From Nemertoderma westbladi (taxonomy: Eukaryota > Animalia > Xenacoelomorpha), in the NCBI GenBank assembly GCA_032718475.1, contig JAUCBJ010006715.1:1-41884 (forward strand): DNA of 41,884 bases, given 5' to 3'. Below, one piece after another: positions 22,610-35,944 of this stretch (position 1 is its first letter; every line of letters starts with the position of its first letter). Both the position numbers and the translations under genes were made by a program. The notes beneath the pieces were generated by a model. It did not search any database, had not been told where the DNA came from, and was given only the letters and a program-made list of their open reading frames with translations.

Positions 22610-25510
22610 ATGGTGATGGCTAGGGAAAATACCGGTACCGGTACCGGTAATCAGAAGATGCTAATAAAGAATCCACCGATTTTCAACTTTGAACGAGGTA
22701 AGTACCGTAATTGGAAAAAGGAACTAGCCTTGTGGTCGGCTGTTACAGATGTGGCGAAAAACAAGCATGGAGCTCTTGTGACTATGGGGTTAGTAGGCCG
22801 TGCGAAAGATAAAGCATTAGTATTAGATGTTTCCATTATAAATCATCAAAATGGTTTAGACAGAGTAATTGAAGTTTTAGATAAAATTTACCTGACTGCA
22901 GATGATGACTATGCTTACGAAACATATACCAAGTTTAAATTATTCATACGTTCAGCCGATTTAGGAATGCGTGAATATATCTTAGAATTTGAAAAGTTAT
23001 ATTCGGAAATGAATTCCTGCCAAATGAATTTGGGAGATGCTGTTTTGGGTGCTGAATTACTCATGAAGTCTGGTTTAGAGGAAAAAGAACGTCGCATTGT
23101 TATGGCGTCTAGTAAGCTTACTTTTGATAACATTAGGTCTACTTTGTTAAGAATTTACACATCAGCAGCCGTACACATGCCTTCTGTAATACCTGAAACT
23201 TACGGTAGTGAAAGGGAAATTAAAACTGAACCAACATTTTCGACACAGAATTACCGAGGCGGATACTTTGGTGGATATCGTGGTCCTGCATATAGAGGGC
23301 AAGGTGGACGACCTGCTTTGTTTAGAGGTAACTACTTCAATCGACGATATAACTTTAATTACAATTCAGGAAATAGGAATTCAACAATCTACAGTCCAGG
23401 TCGACAAGTTTCGGGATGGTCAGGTAGAGAACCTGGTTGGGAACAAGGTCGACAAGGTGGTTCAGGTCTGAATAGCGAACGTCGATGTTCGATTTGTGAT
23501 TCGACAATGCATTGGCGAAGGAATTGCCAACATGATATGGGTGCGGGCGCAAGCGCAAATTGGGCTACAGAGGTTAGGCCAATAGATGAAGAAAGCCATG
23601 AACCAGAAAATCGGAATTCGGGAAATTCATTGTATGCCATGTCATTAATTATCACAGGTGAGAATTATTTTAATAATCAGAACAACGGACCATATGGGTT
23701 GGCAGATACAGCCTGTAGTCGAAGTGTTGCCAGTCTTGAATGGTTTAACAGTTTTTGTAAATATTTGCCAGTGAAATTCCAGAATCTCGTGCAGAAACAT
23801 TCATCATCAGCTATTTTTGTTTTTGGTGGTGGTGAGAAAAGATATGCATTATTTGAAGTAACAATACCGATTTGGATCCAAGATAAACAATATAGTTTAA
23901 CACTTGATGTAATCAGAGGTAATCTTCCACTGCTGATTTCAATTGTGTCATTGAAACGGATGGAAGCCAGTATCGATTTAAGACAAAATGTGATTTCAGT
24001 TAAAAACATATCCGTTTTATTACATTATTTACCAAGAAGTGGTCATCCTATATTACCTCTATTTTCAAAAGATCAACAATATGTTTTAAATAAAGGGAGT
24101 GATTTCACCACATTACTCGCTCATGATGGAGAAATAAATAGGCCTAGAGAAAATAAAATACTAACAAATAATGAACTTATAAAGCTCCACAAGCAATTTG
24201 GTCATTCAAGTCCTGAAAAATTGCAAAAGTTGTGAACTAATGGAGGTTACAAAACAGATAGTAAGAAAATTCAAGATATTTGTAATTCTTGTGACAATTG
24301 TATAGTTCATAAGAAGCCTGTTGCTCGACCTATTGTTACTTATTGTCTTGGAAATTACTTTAATGAATTTTTGGCGGTTGATTTAACTGATATTTTTGAT
24401 AAATCATCGAATAAAAGTTTTAAGGCCCTACATGTGATTGATTTATTTTCTCGATATAGTGTTGTGGTTAGGGTTCGTAGTAAGGACACTGATGTTATTC
24501 AAGAATCATTTCTTCGAAATTGGATTTCTATATATGGCAACCCCAAAGAGGTTTTAGCTGATAATGGTGGTGAGTTTAGTGCAAATTCATTCACTCAAAT
24601 GTGTGATCAATTGAATATATATCACAGAACATCTCCCCCTTACTGCCCTTTTGCTAACGGCACAGTGGAGCGTCATAATGCGTTAATTAAGGAGACTTTT
24701 CAATGGGTTCAGATGGATCAACCCGAATTGTCTGTAGACACTGTTTTACAAATGTCTGTTTTTGCAAAGAATTGCACTTTAAATCATACTGGTTTTTCGC
24801 CATATCAATTGGTGTTTGGGTGCCAACCGATTATTAATTCAATTCTTACGGATCAATTGCCAGCTTTAGAAGAAACATATATGATTTCTATGGTTGGGAA
24901 ACATATTCAGGCTATAGTTTCTACTCGGAAAATTACGTTGCTGCTGAGTCTAGTGCAAGGATTAAACGTGCTTTACGATCGAATACCCGTCAGAATGGGC
25001 AGAGATATAATGCTGGAGATCAAGTATATTGTCGTCGAGCTAAGGATAAAGTTTGGGCTGGTCCAGCTGGGGTTGTTGGTCAGGATGGTGCCGAAGTTCT
25101 TGTTAAACATGGAAGTCGTTATTTGCGATGTCATCGAACTCAAATACTATTGCGTACAAAGCAGACATATTCCCAAGAACAAATAAAATCTGTTAATTCA
25201 CCTGAAAACACTTGCAATGAACTCTTGCAAGAACAAATAAAATCTGTTAATTCACCTGAAAACTCTTGCAATGAACTAAATAATAGTGCTGATATTCATG
25301 AAATAGAGTCTGATAGCGACATTGAAATTTCTAATGAAGAAGTGGAAAATAATATGCAGCCTGAGACAAATGCAACTATTGGAACTGATAACTTTCTCAG
25401 ACAAGAGCCAATTCCTAAAGTGAATGAGAAAGAAGGTAAAGTAGAACAATTGCGCCGATCGACCAGAGATAAACATAAACCTGATTACTTTTCATTTATC
25501 TCCGAATTTA
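22610..25510 (+). pseudogene. GalEa gag-protease-integrase polyprotein (in-frame stop at 24233, frameshift near 24930)
   Basis: CSICDSTMHWRRNC knuckle, ADTACS protease, H..H/C..C zinc finger, AVDL / DNGGEF / NGTVERHN catalytic DDE, W.GP..V.G.DG motif. Confidence 0.88.
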
Positions 25511-25519
25511 ATCAAGTTC

Positions 25520-27576
25520 TTTATGGTGGTTGGTTAGCTTTTTCGACCAGCAAGCAAGTTGATCGATCTCCATGCCTGGGATGATTACCTGCTGTCGTCA
25601 GCATCATTGATGGCATCAACCTGTTGGTTTATTAGCTACTGTAAATTAACAGAGTACTGCCTATTCAGGGACCTAGATGCAGCCTTAACTGCATTCTTGG
25701 CCGCTGTAGTCTGTTTGAGTCGGGACTCTTTCTGCGCCTTGTAGAGGTCATTTCGGCACTTCTGAATTTTGTTGTCAGTCCAGGGGGCCCGTTTTCTGTT
25801 TCGAGGGTATACAGGAACTGTTTCTGCAGCTGCTAACTTAACTGCCTCTGTGAAGGCAGTATAGCCCTCACAGTGATCTGCCACCTCAGAGGCAAGAACC
25901 TCATACCTGTTGCTCAGCTGTAGTGTGAAGCTGGATCTCACACTTGGCTGTTGCAACAGAGAGGACCAGTCATGCCGCGGCAAGGCAGATTTCGTTGTTC
26001 TGCTAGCACGCAGACTAAGTCTTACCTTGGCCACAATAAGGCGGTGATCACTGGAGAAGGGTCGTAGTGTAAATGCATTACAGTCTTGTATAGAGCTCCT
26101 GTATTTCCTACGAAACAGGATATGGTCTATCTGGGACTTGTCACCACTGGGCCCACTATGAGTCCATAGCTTTCCAGTTCGCTTCTTGAACTGGGTTCCA
26201 GCCGAAAACAATCCATTTCCAGAGATAAAATCCTGAAGATGGACGGAATTTCGGTTAACACTATTGCTATAGACCCAGGGCGATGTAGGTGATTGATGCA
26301 GACTTGCATTAAAGTCTCCCAGGAATGTTAAGAATGCATACTGATCCACTCCATCAGTAGCTGCTTGTAGATTCTAAAATTAGATATTCGATATTAGTAG
26401 ATTCTGGTAGAAATTTTCCACCTCTTCTACAGGGTAACACTAGTTGGAGAGTAGCACACAATCAGAACCACCTTAGGAAACTTCTTAGCCAGTCTTCCAG
26501 AACATGAGAAGTGGCAATGGATGATGCGGTTAGAGATTTGGTCTATTTTGTCCAATGCTGCATGTGCAGTTGGATTCATCAATAGACCAATTCCACCATT
26601 GCCACTATCATCTGCTGAAGCGAGGGCGAGTCGCCAACCGCCCCCCATGTCCTTAATCAGAACCTCATCAGTCTGTCCAGTCTGCATTCGGTGCTCTTGA
26701 ACACCCACTGCACTAAGAGAAAGCTTATCTGCCAAGGCAGTCAGCTCACCTTGTCGCATTGGGGACCCGAGTGTTAGGGTGTTTACTGAGGCTAGTCTAG
26801 TGACTTGCCTCAGATTCACCAATGGCTTTGTTGGTCGGGGTGGAACATGAGAGTAGCCTCCAACTCCAGAATCCCTCTCCCCCTCACAATCTGGCCTCCC
26901 TGGTGACCCAGGGTTTGGGCCAGAAAGGTCATCAGGAAAGGGACTCAAAGAATTGTTTGCCGCCCTCTCTCCAGTAGGGGGTGAGACAGGCAGCCGGTCA
27001 GGAGATAAATGACGCCTGTGAGGCCGATTGTGTCCAGTCATTCCACTGGCCTCTAGTGGCTGGACCTCCTCATTACAAATGTAATCCATAGTGGGGGTTG
27101 GGGGGTGCTTTTTGCCGAGTCAGCTCTCGGGGCAAATACCACACCCTGGTTTGCCATTCCACAGGGTCAGTGTCGCAGTGGAGTCAGATATGAGGCCCAT
27201 CACCCATATCTACTCTCGCGCACATGACCCACCATTGGCTGTGCAGCTCATCTGCTGGGTCATGCCCTGTACCCCTGTTGCCAGGTGCAGGTCGCAGTGA
27301 AGTGCACTCAGAGTGGACATGAGAACACTCTACTCCTGACCAGCCATTGGTAGATCACCATCTGCCTGGCCAGGCCATATACCCCTGCAGCCAAGTATAT
27401 GGGTCCTTAATCCAGAACCAAGGGCGCCCTTATCCCAGAACGAAGGGGGTCCTAGTTACAGGACCAGATTTGCCCTAGTAAGAGGGTCTATGCAGCTACA
27501 GGTGGCACCTCCTTTATGCTGCATGGAGGTGGCAAGTTTTCTTGATCAATGACCTAGAATACCTGACCTGACCTGA
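25520..27576 (-). mobile_element. 5' part of a second RTE-like LINE (5' UTR + endonuclease), antisense within GalEa
   Basis: ORFs 26427-27089 and 25636-26349: VQEHR, GGIGLL, CYSPT, GDFNA, IDHIL, SDHR. 5' end marked by (CAGGT)3. Confidence 0.88.
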
Positions 27577-28330
27577 ACTGTACCGTACTGCTGTATTATG
27601 TTGATTGACTGACTCACCTATTATCGTTAACTATATTATATTTCACAATGGTTATTATTATTACAATATGATGTTATATAAATTTAAAACAATGATCGCA
27701 ACATTTGATGGGAATCCCAAGGCAACAGTTATATGTTGCTACAGTCCAACCAATGCCTCTGAGCCAGAACAAGCAGTCAAGTTTTATGAAGAACTGACTG
27801 GACTTATAAAGGACATTCCGAAACACAATGTTAAAGTCATTGCTGGTGACCTGAATGCGCAAATTGGCCCAGAAAACATCAAGGGTTACACCTATAACAC
27901 CAGTTCTAACAGAAATGGGTACTTGCTTACTTTTAGACCTAATGGAAGAATGTGAATTGATACCAACAAACAACACATTCGAAAAGAGTAAGGGGAAGCT
28001 ATGGACCTTTCAATACCCTAATGGAACCAAAGCACAACTGGATTACATCCTTATAAACAAAAAGTGGAGAAACAGCATGATCAACTGCGAGACATACAGC
28101 TCGTTCAACCTAATTGGTTCGGACCACACAATTGTGACTGTAGAGATCGGACTCAGTTTGAGAGCCAGCAAACCCAGGGCAAATTAAATATGACTGGGAG
28201 AAACTCAGAACTGACAATGCTGTAAAGGATGTTTATACAGTAGAAGTTCAAAACCGCTTTGAAGCACTTCAGTCAATGGATGAAGACCAATCCACCAATT
28301 CAATATACCAGAATATAATAACAGCCCACA

Positions 28331-28896
28331 CACGTAAGGGAAAAGCATGGGCAGCCTTGAATAGGCTTTCCAGGATTTGGAAGTCACCGAGAATTAATCG
28401 GAAACTTAAGGTCCGATTATTTAGAGCAGCAGTAGTTCCAGTACTCCTCTACGGGAGTCCATGCTGGGCTCTAACTGCTGAGGACACCAAATCTCTGGAT
28501 GGCGGCACATTCACAAGAAAGCTACGCCGGGTTCATTTTGTCAAGTACAATGCACACATCTCCAACCTGACACTATATAACATTGGAGGTGTCTCATTGG
28601 TTCCCCCAAGCTTGACACTAGAACAAAATCGCCTCCGCTTTGCAGGACATTGCTTTCGCCGTGAGGACCAGCCAGTGCATAATCTTGTACTTTGGCAGCC
28701 TCATGGAGTGAATGAGCATGGTGGACAGCCCATGACTTTCTTGAGACGCATCTTAAAGGACACTGGCCTTGAAGATGCGGATGATCTAGCAAATGTCATG
28801 GGTTATAGGGAGTTGTGGCGGTGCAATTTTGTTGACAAGCCGGCACAGCATTCTTAAAAATGCAGCTGCAATGCAGCATGCCGATCCTAGTAGTTG
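28331..28896 (+). mobile_element. 5'-truncated RTE-like LINE inserted in the host LINE
   Basis: 12-bp TSD TAACAGCCCACA (28319-28330, 28897-28908); C-terminal LLYGS..W and RLRFAGHCFR. Confidence 0.9.
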
Positions 28897-30568
28897 TAAC
28901 AGCCCACAAGGAATCAGCTAAGAGGCATATCCCCCAGAAACCCAAACGAAAACAGTATGTGCCATGGCAAAACTCTGAGGTTACTTGTAAGAGAGAAGAT
29001 CTTAAGATAGCCTACAAAGTTAAAACCGAACAACCAACAACTGAAAACATTAACAAAGTTGAGAAAGCTAAGGACGATCTTAAATTGGCCTACAACATCA
29101 GCCAGGAAAAGTACATACAGGATAAAACTGAAGCAATTACAACTGCTCACATACAGCAACAATCAAGACTTACCTGGCAAACTGTAAATGAGGTATCTGG
29201 TCGGGAAAGTTGTGCAAAGGGGCGCCTCAAAGCCGATAGTCCTGAAGAACGTGTTGGGAAGTGGAAAAATCACTTCAGCAACTTGCTTGGGCAGCCACCA
29301 AACATAGAGGTCAGCCCTACAAGGAAAATATATGACAAGACACTACCTATAGAAACAGGGGACTTCACACCTGCCGAACTCCAAAGAAGCATTAAAAGCA
29401 TGTCCAATAATAAAGCGAGTGGATTAGATGAAATCCCAGTGGAGGTATGGAAAACCGGAGTGCTAAGCATACCATTATTGAATGTTTGCAACCGGATGTT
29501 AAAAGGGGAAAAGCCACCACCAATTTGGACTAAAGGTCAACTAAAGCCTCTCCCCAAGAAAGGAGACCTCGGCATACCAACAAACTATCGTGGGATCTGT
29601 CTGCGTGTGGTAGCTGCCAAAATATACAATAAAATGATTCCATATAGGATTAGGCCTCACATAGAGAAACTACTGCGTAAGAGCCAAAACGGATTTCGAC
29701 CAAGTAGATCAACAAAAGCTCAGATACTTGCACTACGGAGACTGATTGAAGGAATTAAGTCAAATAATCTCCCCGCTGTCATGACTTTTGTGGACTTCAA
29801 GAAGGCATTCGACTCCATCCATAGAGGTAAAATGCTTGAAATCCTAAGAGCTTATGGAATACCAGAAGTAATTGTTGCTGGCATTGGATTGTTAAATTGT
29901 GACACATAAGCGCAAGTACTCTCACCAGATGGTGAAACTGAGTTTTTCTCAATCCTGGCTGGTGTACTGCAAGGTGACACATTAGCACCATTACTATTTG
30001 TAATTGTGTTGGATTACGCAATGAGGACGGCCACAAAGGGTGAAGATCTGGGATTCACACTTTAAGAACGCAGAAGTAGTTGATATCCGGCAACTACAGT
30101 CACAGACACAGACTTTGCGGATGACATCGCCCTGCTCTCTAATACGCTAGCAGATGCACAGCTTCTACTAAATAAAGTGGAGAGGGCTGCTAAGGAGGTT
30201 GGATTGCATATAAATGCTACAAAGACAGAATTCATGACCTTTAATGTTGATGGAAACTTGACAACCATTGATAATAATCAACTAAGGAAGGCCGATGACT
30301 TCCAGTACCTTGGATCATGGATAGAGAGTAGCAAAAAGGACATAGACGTTAGGAAAGCAAAGGCTTGATAGCTCTATCAAAAATGGAAATCAGATCTCTC
30401 CAGGCACCTGAAGACTAAGTTATTTCGAGCCACAATGGAAAGTGTATATTTATACGGGGGTGAGACCTGGACACTGACTAAATCACTTGAACAACGAATT
30501 GATGGTTGCTACACAAGATTACTAAGGGCAGCCCTAAACATCAGCTGGAGACAACACATGACAAACGC

Positions 30569-30685
30569 CGATTCGATTCGATTTCTGGAAAAAAGCTTTC
30601 GATTCGATTTCGACCCATTGAAATTCGTTTGATTCGATTCGATTTTCGATTTGATTTCAATTCGATCCCAGTCCCTGATTCAAAA
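30569..30685. repeat. (ATTCG)n-rich degenerate repeat where the LINE ORF ends
   Basis: Read directly from the sequence. Confidence 0.7.
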
Positions 30686-31171
30686 TCAATGAAGTGGTTC
30701 AAAAGTTATTAAGACTTGACGAAGTGATATTTAGTACTTTCTAAACTTTTGACATACTACTTGTGTACCATGTTTGGTATAATTTCATCGCAAAGTTACT
30801 GTATTAGCATTCAAAGATTAGACGGACCGACCGACCGACCAACCGCCTGGCAGACCGACAGATAGACGCGAGGTTGAATTGGTACCTGTGTTCTAAGTTC
30901 ACGCTCTTTCGTGGCTCGCCCCACAGTGTTGTCAATTTAACGGGTGCTTGTCAGTTCTGTCACTAGCCTTGTGTGCCCGGATAGTGCCTATGGTTGTTTA
31001 AGGGTTTCCGAAATAGTGACTCTAGTATTGTAAAGGCCCTTAATAGTCCTTAAAATTACTATAATTACTAGTTCCTGTCGCCATATGCCATATCAGCAAT
31101 ATGGCATTTTGAAACCAGCTGATTTAAAACCAAACAGGAAATAGTGATTCTAGTAATTTTAACGGCTCCTG

Positions 31172-31550
31172 ACAAAGACAATTTATATATGCGAAAGAGT
31201 TGGAAGGTGGCTAATGCGATTGGAGCAGAGTATTGTGAGAGGTGGCTCCAAGAGTACCTACCGACGTTGCATACGAGGAGTAAGTGGAGGAATAATCAAC
31301 GAGAGCTAAAGAAAGGGGACTTAATAATAGTGATGGATGATACGGTCATTGACAATCAGTGGAGATTGGCCAGGGTTGTAGAATGTTACCCTGGAGAAGA
31401 TGGGAAAGTCAGATCCCTTCAATTCAGGATTGGCGGGAAGATTGGGGGTGAAAGACAGGAAGACTTACAAGAGGGCAGTAGGAAAGTGTTGCCTGCTGGA
31501 GGAATCGCCCTAAATTAATTGAATCGTCCAATAAATTTGACTGAGGGGGG
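31172..31550 (+). mobile_element. BEL/Pao integrase C-terminus and polypurine tract (right part)
   Basis: W.RWLQEYLPTL..RSKW, GDLII, WRLARV....G.DGKVR; GAGGGGGG followed by TG at 31551. Confidence 0.88.
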
Positions 31551-31599
31551 TGGGAATGAGGGCGATACACCCTACCCACAAAATAAAATAAAATAAATA

Positions 31600-31950
31600 A
31601 AGATATAATTAGGTTTAGATGAGTACATATTACGTACGTCTGATGAGTATATTCATACAATGTACATAATTAAGTACTACAGATAGAGTGTACTATATGA
31701 ATAGGATTAGAACTGGGTACATAAGTACAATATTAAGGAATAGATGAATGTAATTACATATGCTGATGAGTACATACGCACTACACATAGATCGCGTGTA
31801 CTATGGGAAACCTAGGAATAGACGGGTACATAGGTTCCATGTTTAGGATTAGATGAGTACATAAGTACTACCCCATAAAGCCCATAGATAGAGTGTACTA
31901 TGGGATGCCGGGTCAATGGGACCAATACTAGTACACAATACGTACTATTG
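31600..31950 (+). repeat. Imperfect tandem repeats (GATGAGTACATA / TAGAGTGTACTAT), possibly within the BEL 3' LTR
   Basis: Recurrent motifs downstream of the PPT; LTR end not defined. Confidence 0.5.
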
Positions 31951-32529
31951 TGGGTACTGAGGGCGTCACATGAGGGGTTGGAAGGGATATGTAGGGGTGG
32001 TGGGCTAGATGGTGTAGGCTGTACAAGCTAGACTACTATAGCGCATCACCTAGGGTGCAGACTTGTGGACTAGGGGCAGTATTGCTACAGACCAAGAAAG
32101 CTGTCTGGTGGAAATCTAGTATAACAATAGAAGAAGTTGTAGCTAGTCTTACGATTAGTAGGTTAGATATACAATAAGTAGTGAAGAATTACTTACAAAG
32201 TAATTGATGGAATTGATGAAGCATTACTTAAATGAGTAACGAAAATGTAGAAATTTATGATTACAGCTTTTAATGAAGAAAACGTAGAAACTAGAAAAAT
32301 AAAATTATATTTATTTAATATATTTATTTATTCTATTTATTCTAATAAAATTCTAGAAGTATAATTAAAAGTGCGAAATTAGGGAAACTTGACACATAAC
32401 TAAAACTAATTGTAAAATTAATTCTAGAATAAGGCGAAAAGGAGCGTAGGCCATCTCTGGTTATACTGATTGGAATAAAATTAGTTGTCTCTTGCCCTAC
32501 TGATCCTTTACAAGGCACCACCATCAGTT

Positions 32530-35330
32530 TGGTGAGAGAGAGATCGGGATGGTGGAGAAATGAGTCAAGAAGAGAAAGTCGGAGAAGAGCAAGAAGGACT
32601 GGTTAGTTGATTTCATCAGGAGGGAGTCGGAGAATAAGATGAGGAAGTACCACCAGCGACTCTGTAAAGAGCCAGAAAGCACACTGACTGCAGGATCACT
32701 ATCGGAGCCTGCTCGAGTGGCGGCTGGTGGGGACCTATGGGATGCCATCATTAGACACCGCGATCAATGAGCATCTCCACTATGTCGTGAAAGGGAAAGA
32801 AGCTTCCTTTGAGATCCCAACTCATAAGAGAGATTTACTAAGAGAGAAGGAATGGAAGTTTATGGAGTAGATAGAGAAGGAAGGCTACATGGTCTTAGAT
32901 GATGAGGGGACTATAGAGGATCACAAGGGTTTAATGGGGTCAGGTTGAACCATATTGCTGCCAATGGCAGCGCCGAACAGAGATATTTTTCTGTTCTTCA
33001 ATGGAAAGAAGGACGGGCCCAAACTAAACCATCTGCCAGAAGCCGTGCAGTTGTTAGTTAGGACCAAGTCGACAGTCAAGATCAGATCGGCAATCCGTGA
33101 TGATGCAGAACGGACCATTGGACAGAACACCTCGAGCCTTCTGGACATGCAGATAGTCTACACGGCTATGACGAAACCAGGTGGGCTGGGATTGGTGGAG
33201 AATATGGGACAATGCGGTGCCGTAGCAATGGGATAACTGATGGGACTCGTGCCTCATAAACCGATGGAGTGGAAGAAGTTCTGAGGATAATATGGAGCAG
33301 AACTGATAGACTCACTCAAGTGGGATGCAAGGCTGAGGAGGGAAGGGTTATATTAATTCCAAAAGGGGGTGATCAAGTTGTACCAGAAGAGGTACATCTT
33401 GTAGGGGGATTGGATAGTGATCGGGTTTGTGAACCTGTTCATGACGATGATCATCAGCAAGGAGCTGACGGCATTTCTACTTTTACGTCTACGGGTGGTC
33501 TTGCAGACCACCCGGGACAGAAAGGCGAGTCGGTATACTATAATATCCGGCATCTAGTGGATAGAGACATAGATACACCGTACCAACAATGGGAGAAGAA
33601 GGAGTCGGATCGGGAAGAAGAACAGAGGGAGGAAGAGGCCACTAGTAAAGAGAGAAGGGAAGCGGCGGGGAGAAAAGCAATAGAGAGATAATGGGAGGAT
33701 GAATATGAATTCAGGGCACCGGGTGAACCGGGTTTCGGTTTGAGGAGGAAGAGGAAAGGATGACGAGTTATCCAGAGGGATCACAGATTCAGTCGACGTC
33801 GGGATTGCAGAGGATGCCGATACCTGCAGGGTCCGAGATCGACTATGCAAGGAAGAGGTCGAGAGCGGATGATGGGTATGTCTCATATGGCCTGGAGAAA
33901 GATATCAGGAACTGGCCCGGAGAAAGATATCAGGAGCCTGGGCCTGGAACCACGCGCATTGGATAGGATGGAGGAGGATGAGTTTGGGGAGATGCCGAGT
34001 ATAGAATGGATCGGGCAGGCAGACATGGACTGGGTGGAAGGAAGAGTGGTGACGGCTAGCGGGGCGAGAAGTTTCTGGGACGTCCCAGGCAAACAAGCTT
34101 GGGAACGTGGAGGACCAGTAACCAACTACCCGGCGGCAGTGATCAGACTGGGGTAACAACATGGAATGGCACTGCAATTAGTATTCGGCGAGACACTGCC
34201 GAGGGAGGAACCTGAGATAGATATGGGTCACAATCCGTACGTTGAAATGTATGCATATCAATGACTCCACAAACCCAAACAGACGCATGGTGAGAAGTAC
34301 GATTTTGGGAGGCAAGCCGTAATAGATGGCTGCGACTACTGTGAGTTATTGGTGGTTGGTGTAAGGGAAAGCAGAGTTTAGGGGATATTTGGAAGAACAC
34401 ATTCCCCAAGAGATGAGGAACGTAATTTGAGATGCCACAAGGGGTAGACAAGAAGGGCATCTGAAAGGAACACCAGCAAAACGATATTGAGAGACGATAA
34501 TGGCCCCGCCCAGGGAACCAACCACAGGGATCAGCAGGGTCATGGTGGCACGCACAACCACAATGAAAAACCAGTGGGACAACAGGAAATGCCCAAGGCA
34601 GGATGATATCAGAGGTAAAGATCTGCGATGGTTTCCGAAAGGCACAGGAGGAAAGCTCTAGACTGATGGGATACCATCAGTATGCCTGGAAGGCATCATC
34701 AGGACTACAAACTAATGTCTAAAGAACACTCCCGCCTTAACTGTAAATAAATCAAATCAACATGTAGTGCAATAATTAATCATAGTGCAATATCGCTTAG
34801 ATCTAGATGCTATAATCAACGAGTATGACTATATAGTCAAGTATAACATTTATCAATCAGCTAATGGGACAGGGGACTCATTGACTGAAACAGAAGGACG
34901 AGACAACGAGCGGGATCCACTCATCATGCATAATGTACATATGCGAGATTGTGGAATCTGATAGGAGTGAGAAAATGGGAATAAGAGGGGTTGAGTAAAG
35001 GGGTATAACATATGAGAATATGAGGAGTAGAGTGAGGTTGAGTGAGGTGTATAACATCCGGGAAAGTGTGGGGGAGCGAGTTAAGGATAAGGATCCTTGG
35101 TGAGTCCTATGTGAGAGAAGTGCTGAAATTGGGGGACCGGCGGATCGGATCCAACGGTACCCAATTTAAAATTGAGTGAGGAGGGGTGATCGTCTAAATA
35201 GAGACGCCAAATGCCTTGGTGCAACTTAGTTAGCAGGTGTGCCAAGGATGGGTACTGAGACCAGACCCAGTGGGGCCAGATTGGGAGACTGGCCCCAGAG
35301 AAGATATTTCCACCCCACATCCAATGCTAG
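32530..35330 (+). pseudogene. Highly decayed purine-rich coding-like region, probably retroelement-derived
   Basis: A/G skew like 19600-21540 and fragmented charged ORFs; no diagnostic motif recognised. Confidence 0.35.
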
Positions 35331-35944
35331 ATTGATTGTATTCACTGGAATGGAGCACACTTTTCGGTTGATGCTATCTTCTGACTGATTTATCAATCAG
35401 TTGAGGTATGCAACCAATAACGCATACCAGAGTATGTATGTTGTAACAATGTTAGCCATGAGGTGGTTTAACAACACACCTCAGGGGATAGGGGCTAACA
35501 TAATTCCAAGGGGCATAGGAATTAATTGTGAGGATAGGATAAGCCGACCAATGGGAGGGCCACAGATGGCAATTACCAGATTATGTGTATCGATTGGTTA
35601 GCCAGCCATAAGTGTTGAGGCTGTATAATGCATTTTCCCCTATTTTCCATAATATACTGGTATCACATGCCTACTGATTCAGTTGGCTATCATTTATGTA
35701 GGATGTCGCATACTGTAATTTCCACCATCGTTCGTCGTCTGTAATATTATATTGATTTGTGCTGTAATCATACTAACGGTAAATTATGATATATTAACAG
35801 CGATAATTAACAACAGACTCTTTATTTACTCGGCCTTCAGCCATCGACAGTTTTCACGGCGACGCGTAGGAACTACAAAATCTGTCAATCCGGTCGGATT
35901 GACCGGATGGCTAGTGGTCAATTCCACAAGCCAACCAGGATCCC

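Larger units (their letters stand above)
22436..27691 (+). mobile_element. Copia LTR retrotransposon, GalEa clade, RT/RNase H lost
   Basis: 5' LTR 22436-22587 (TG..CA), partial 3' LTR about 27578-27691, TSD ATGAT (22431-22435, 27692-27696), PBS TGGTAGCAGAGC, protease-integrase order. Confidence 0.9.
21800..30568 (+). mobile_element. RTE-like LINE (APE endonuclease + RT), split by three insertions, pseudogenised
   Basis: IICIQEHR, GGVGILLS, CYSPTN, GDLNA, LDYIL, SDH; RT motifs NYRGI, QNGFR, FVDFKKAFDSI, GVLQGD.LAP, TDFADD, FQYLGS. Pieces at 21800-21920, 22279-22435, 27697-28330 and 28909-30568. Confidence 0.9.
21544..31171. mobile_element. Non-autonomous TIR DNA transposon inserted in the BEL integrase, expanded by nested insertions
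   Basis: About 49-bp TIR CAGGAGCCCTTAAAATTGCTAGAATCACTATT / AATAGTGATTCTAGTAATTTTAACGGCTCCTG. TSD ACAAAGA (7 bp; 9 or 11 bp under alternative ends). Removing it restores ...MEYIDKD-NLYMRKSW... Confidence 0.9.

Noticed and set aside
24233-24235. Programmed stop readthrough in GalEa
   Set aside because: The stop splits the integrase HHCC finger, and the element also has a frameshift and lacks RT, so decay is more likely.
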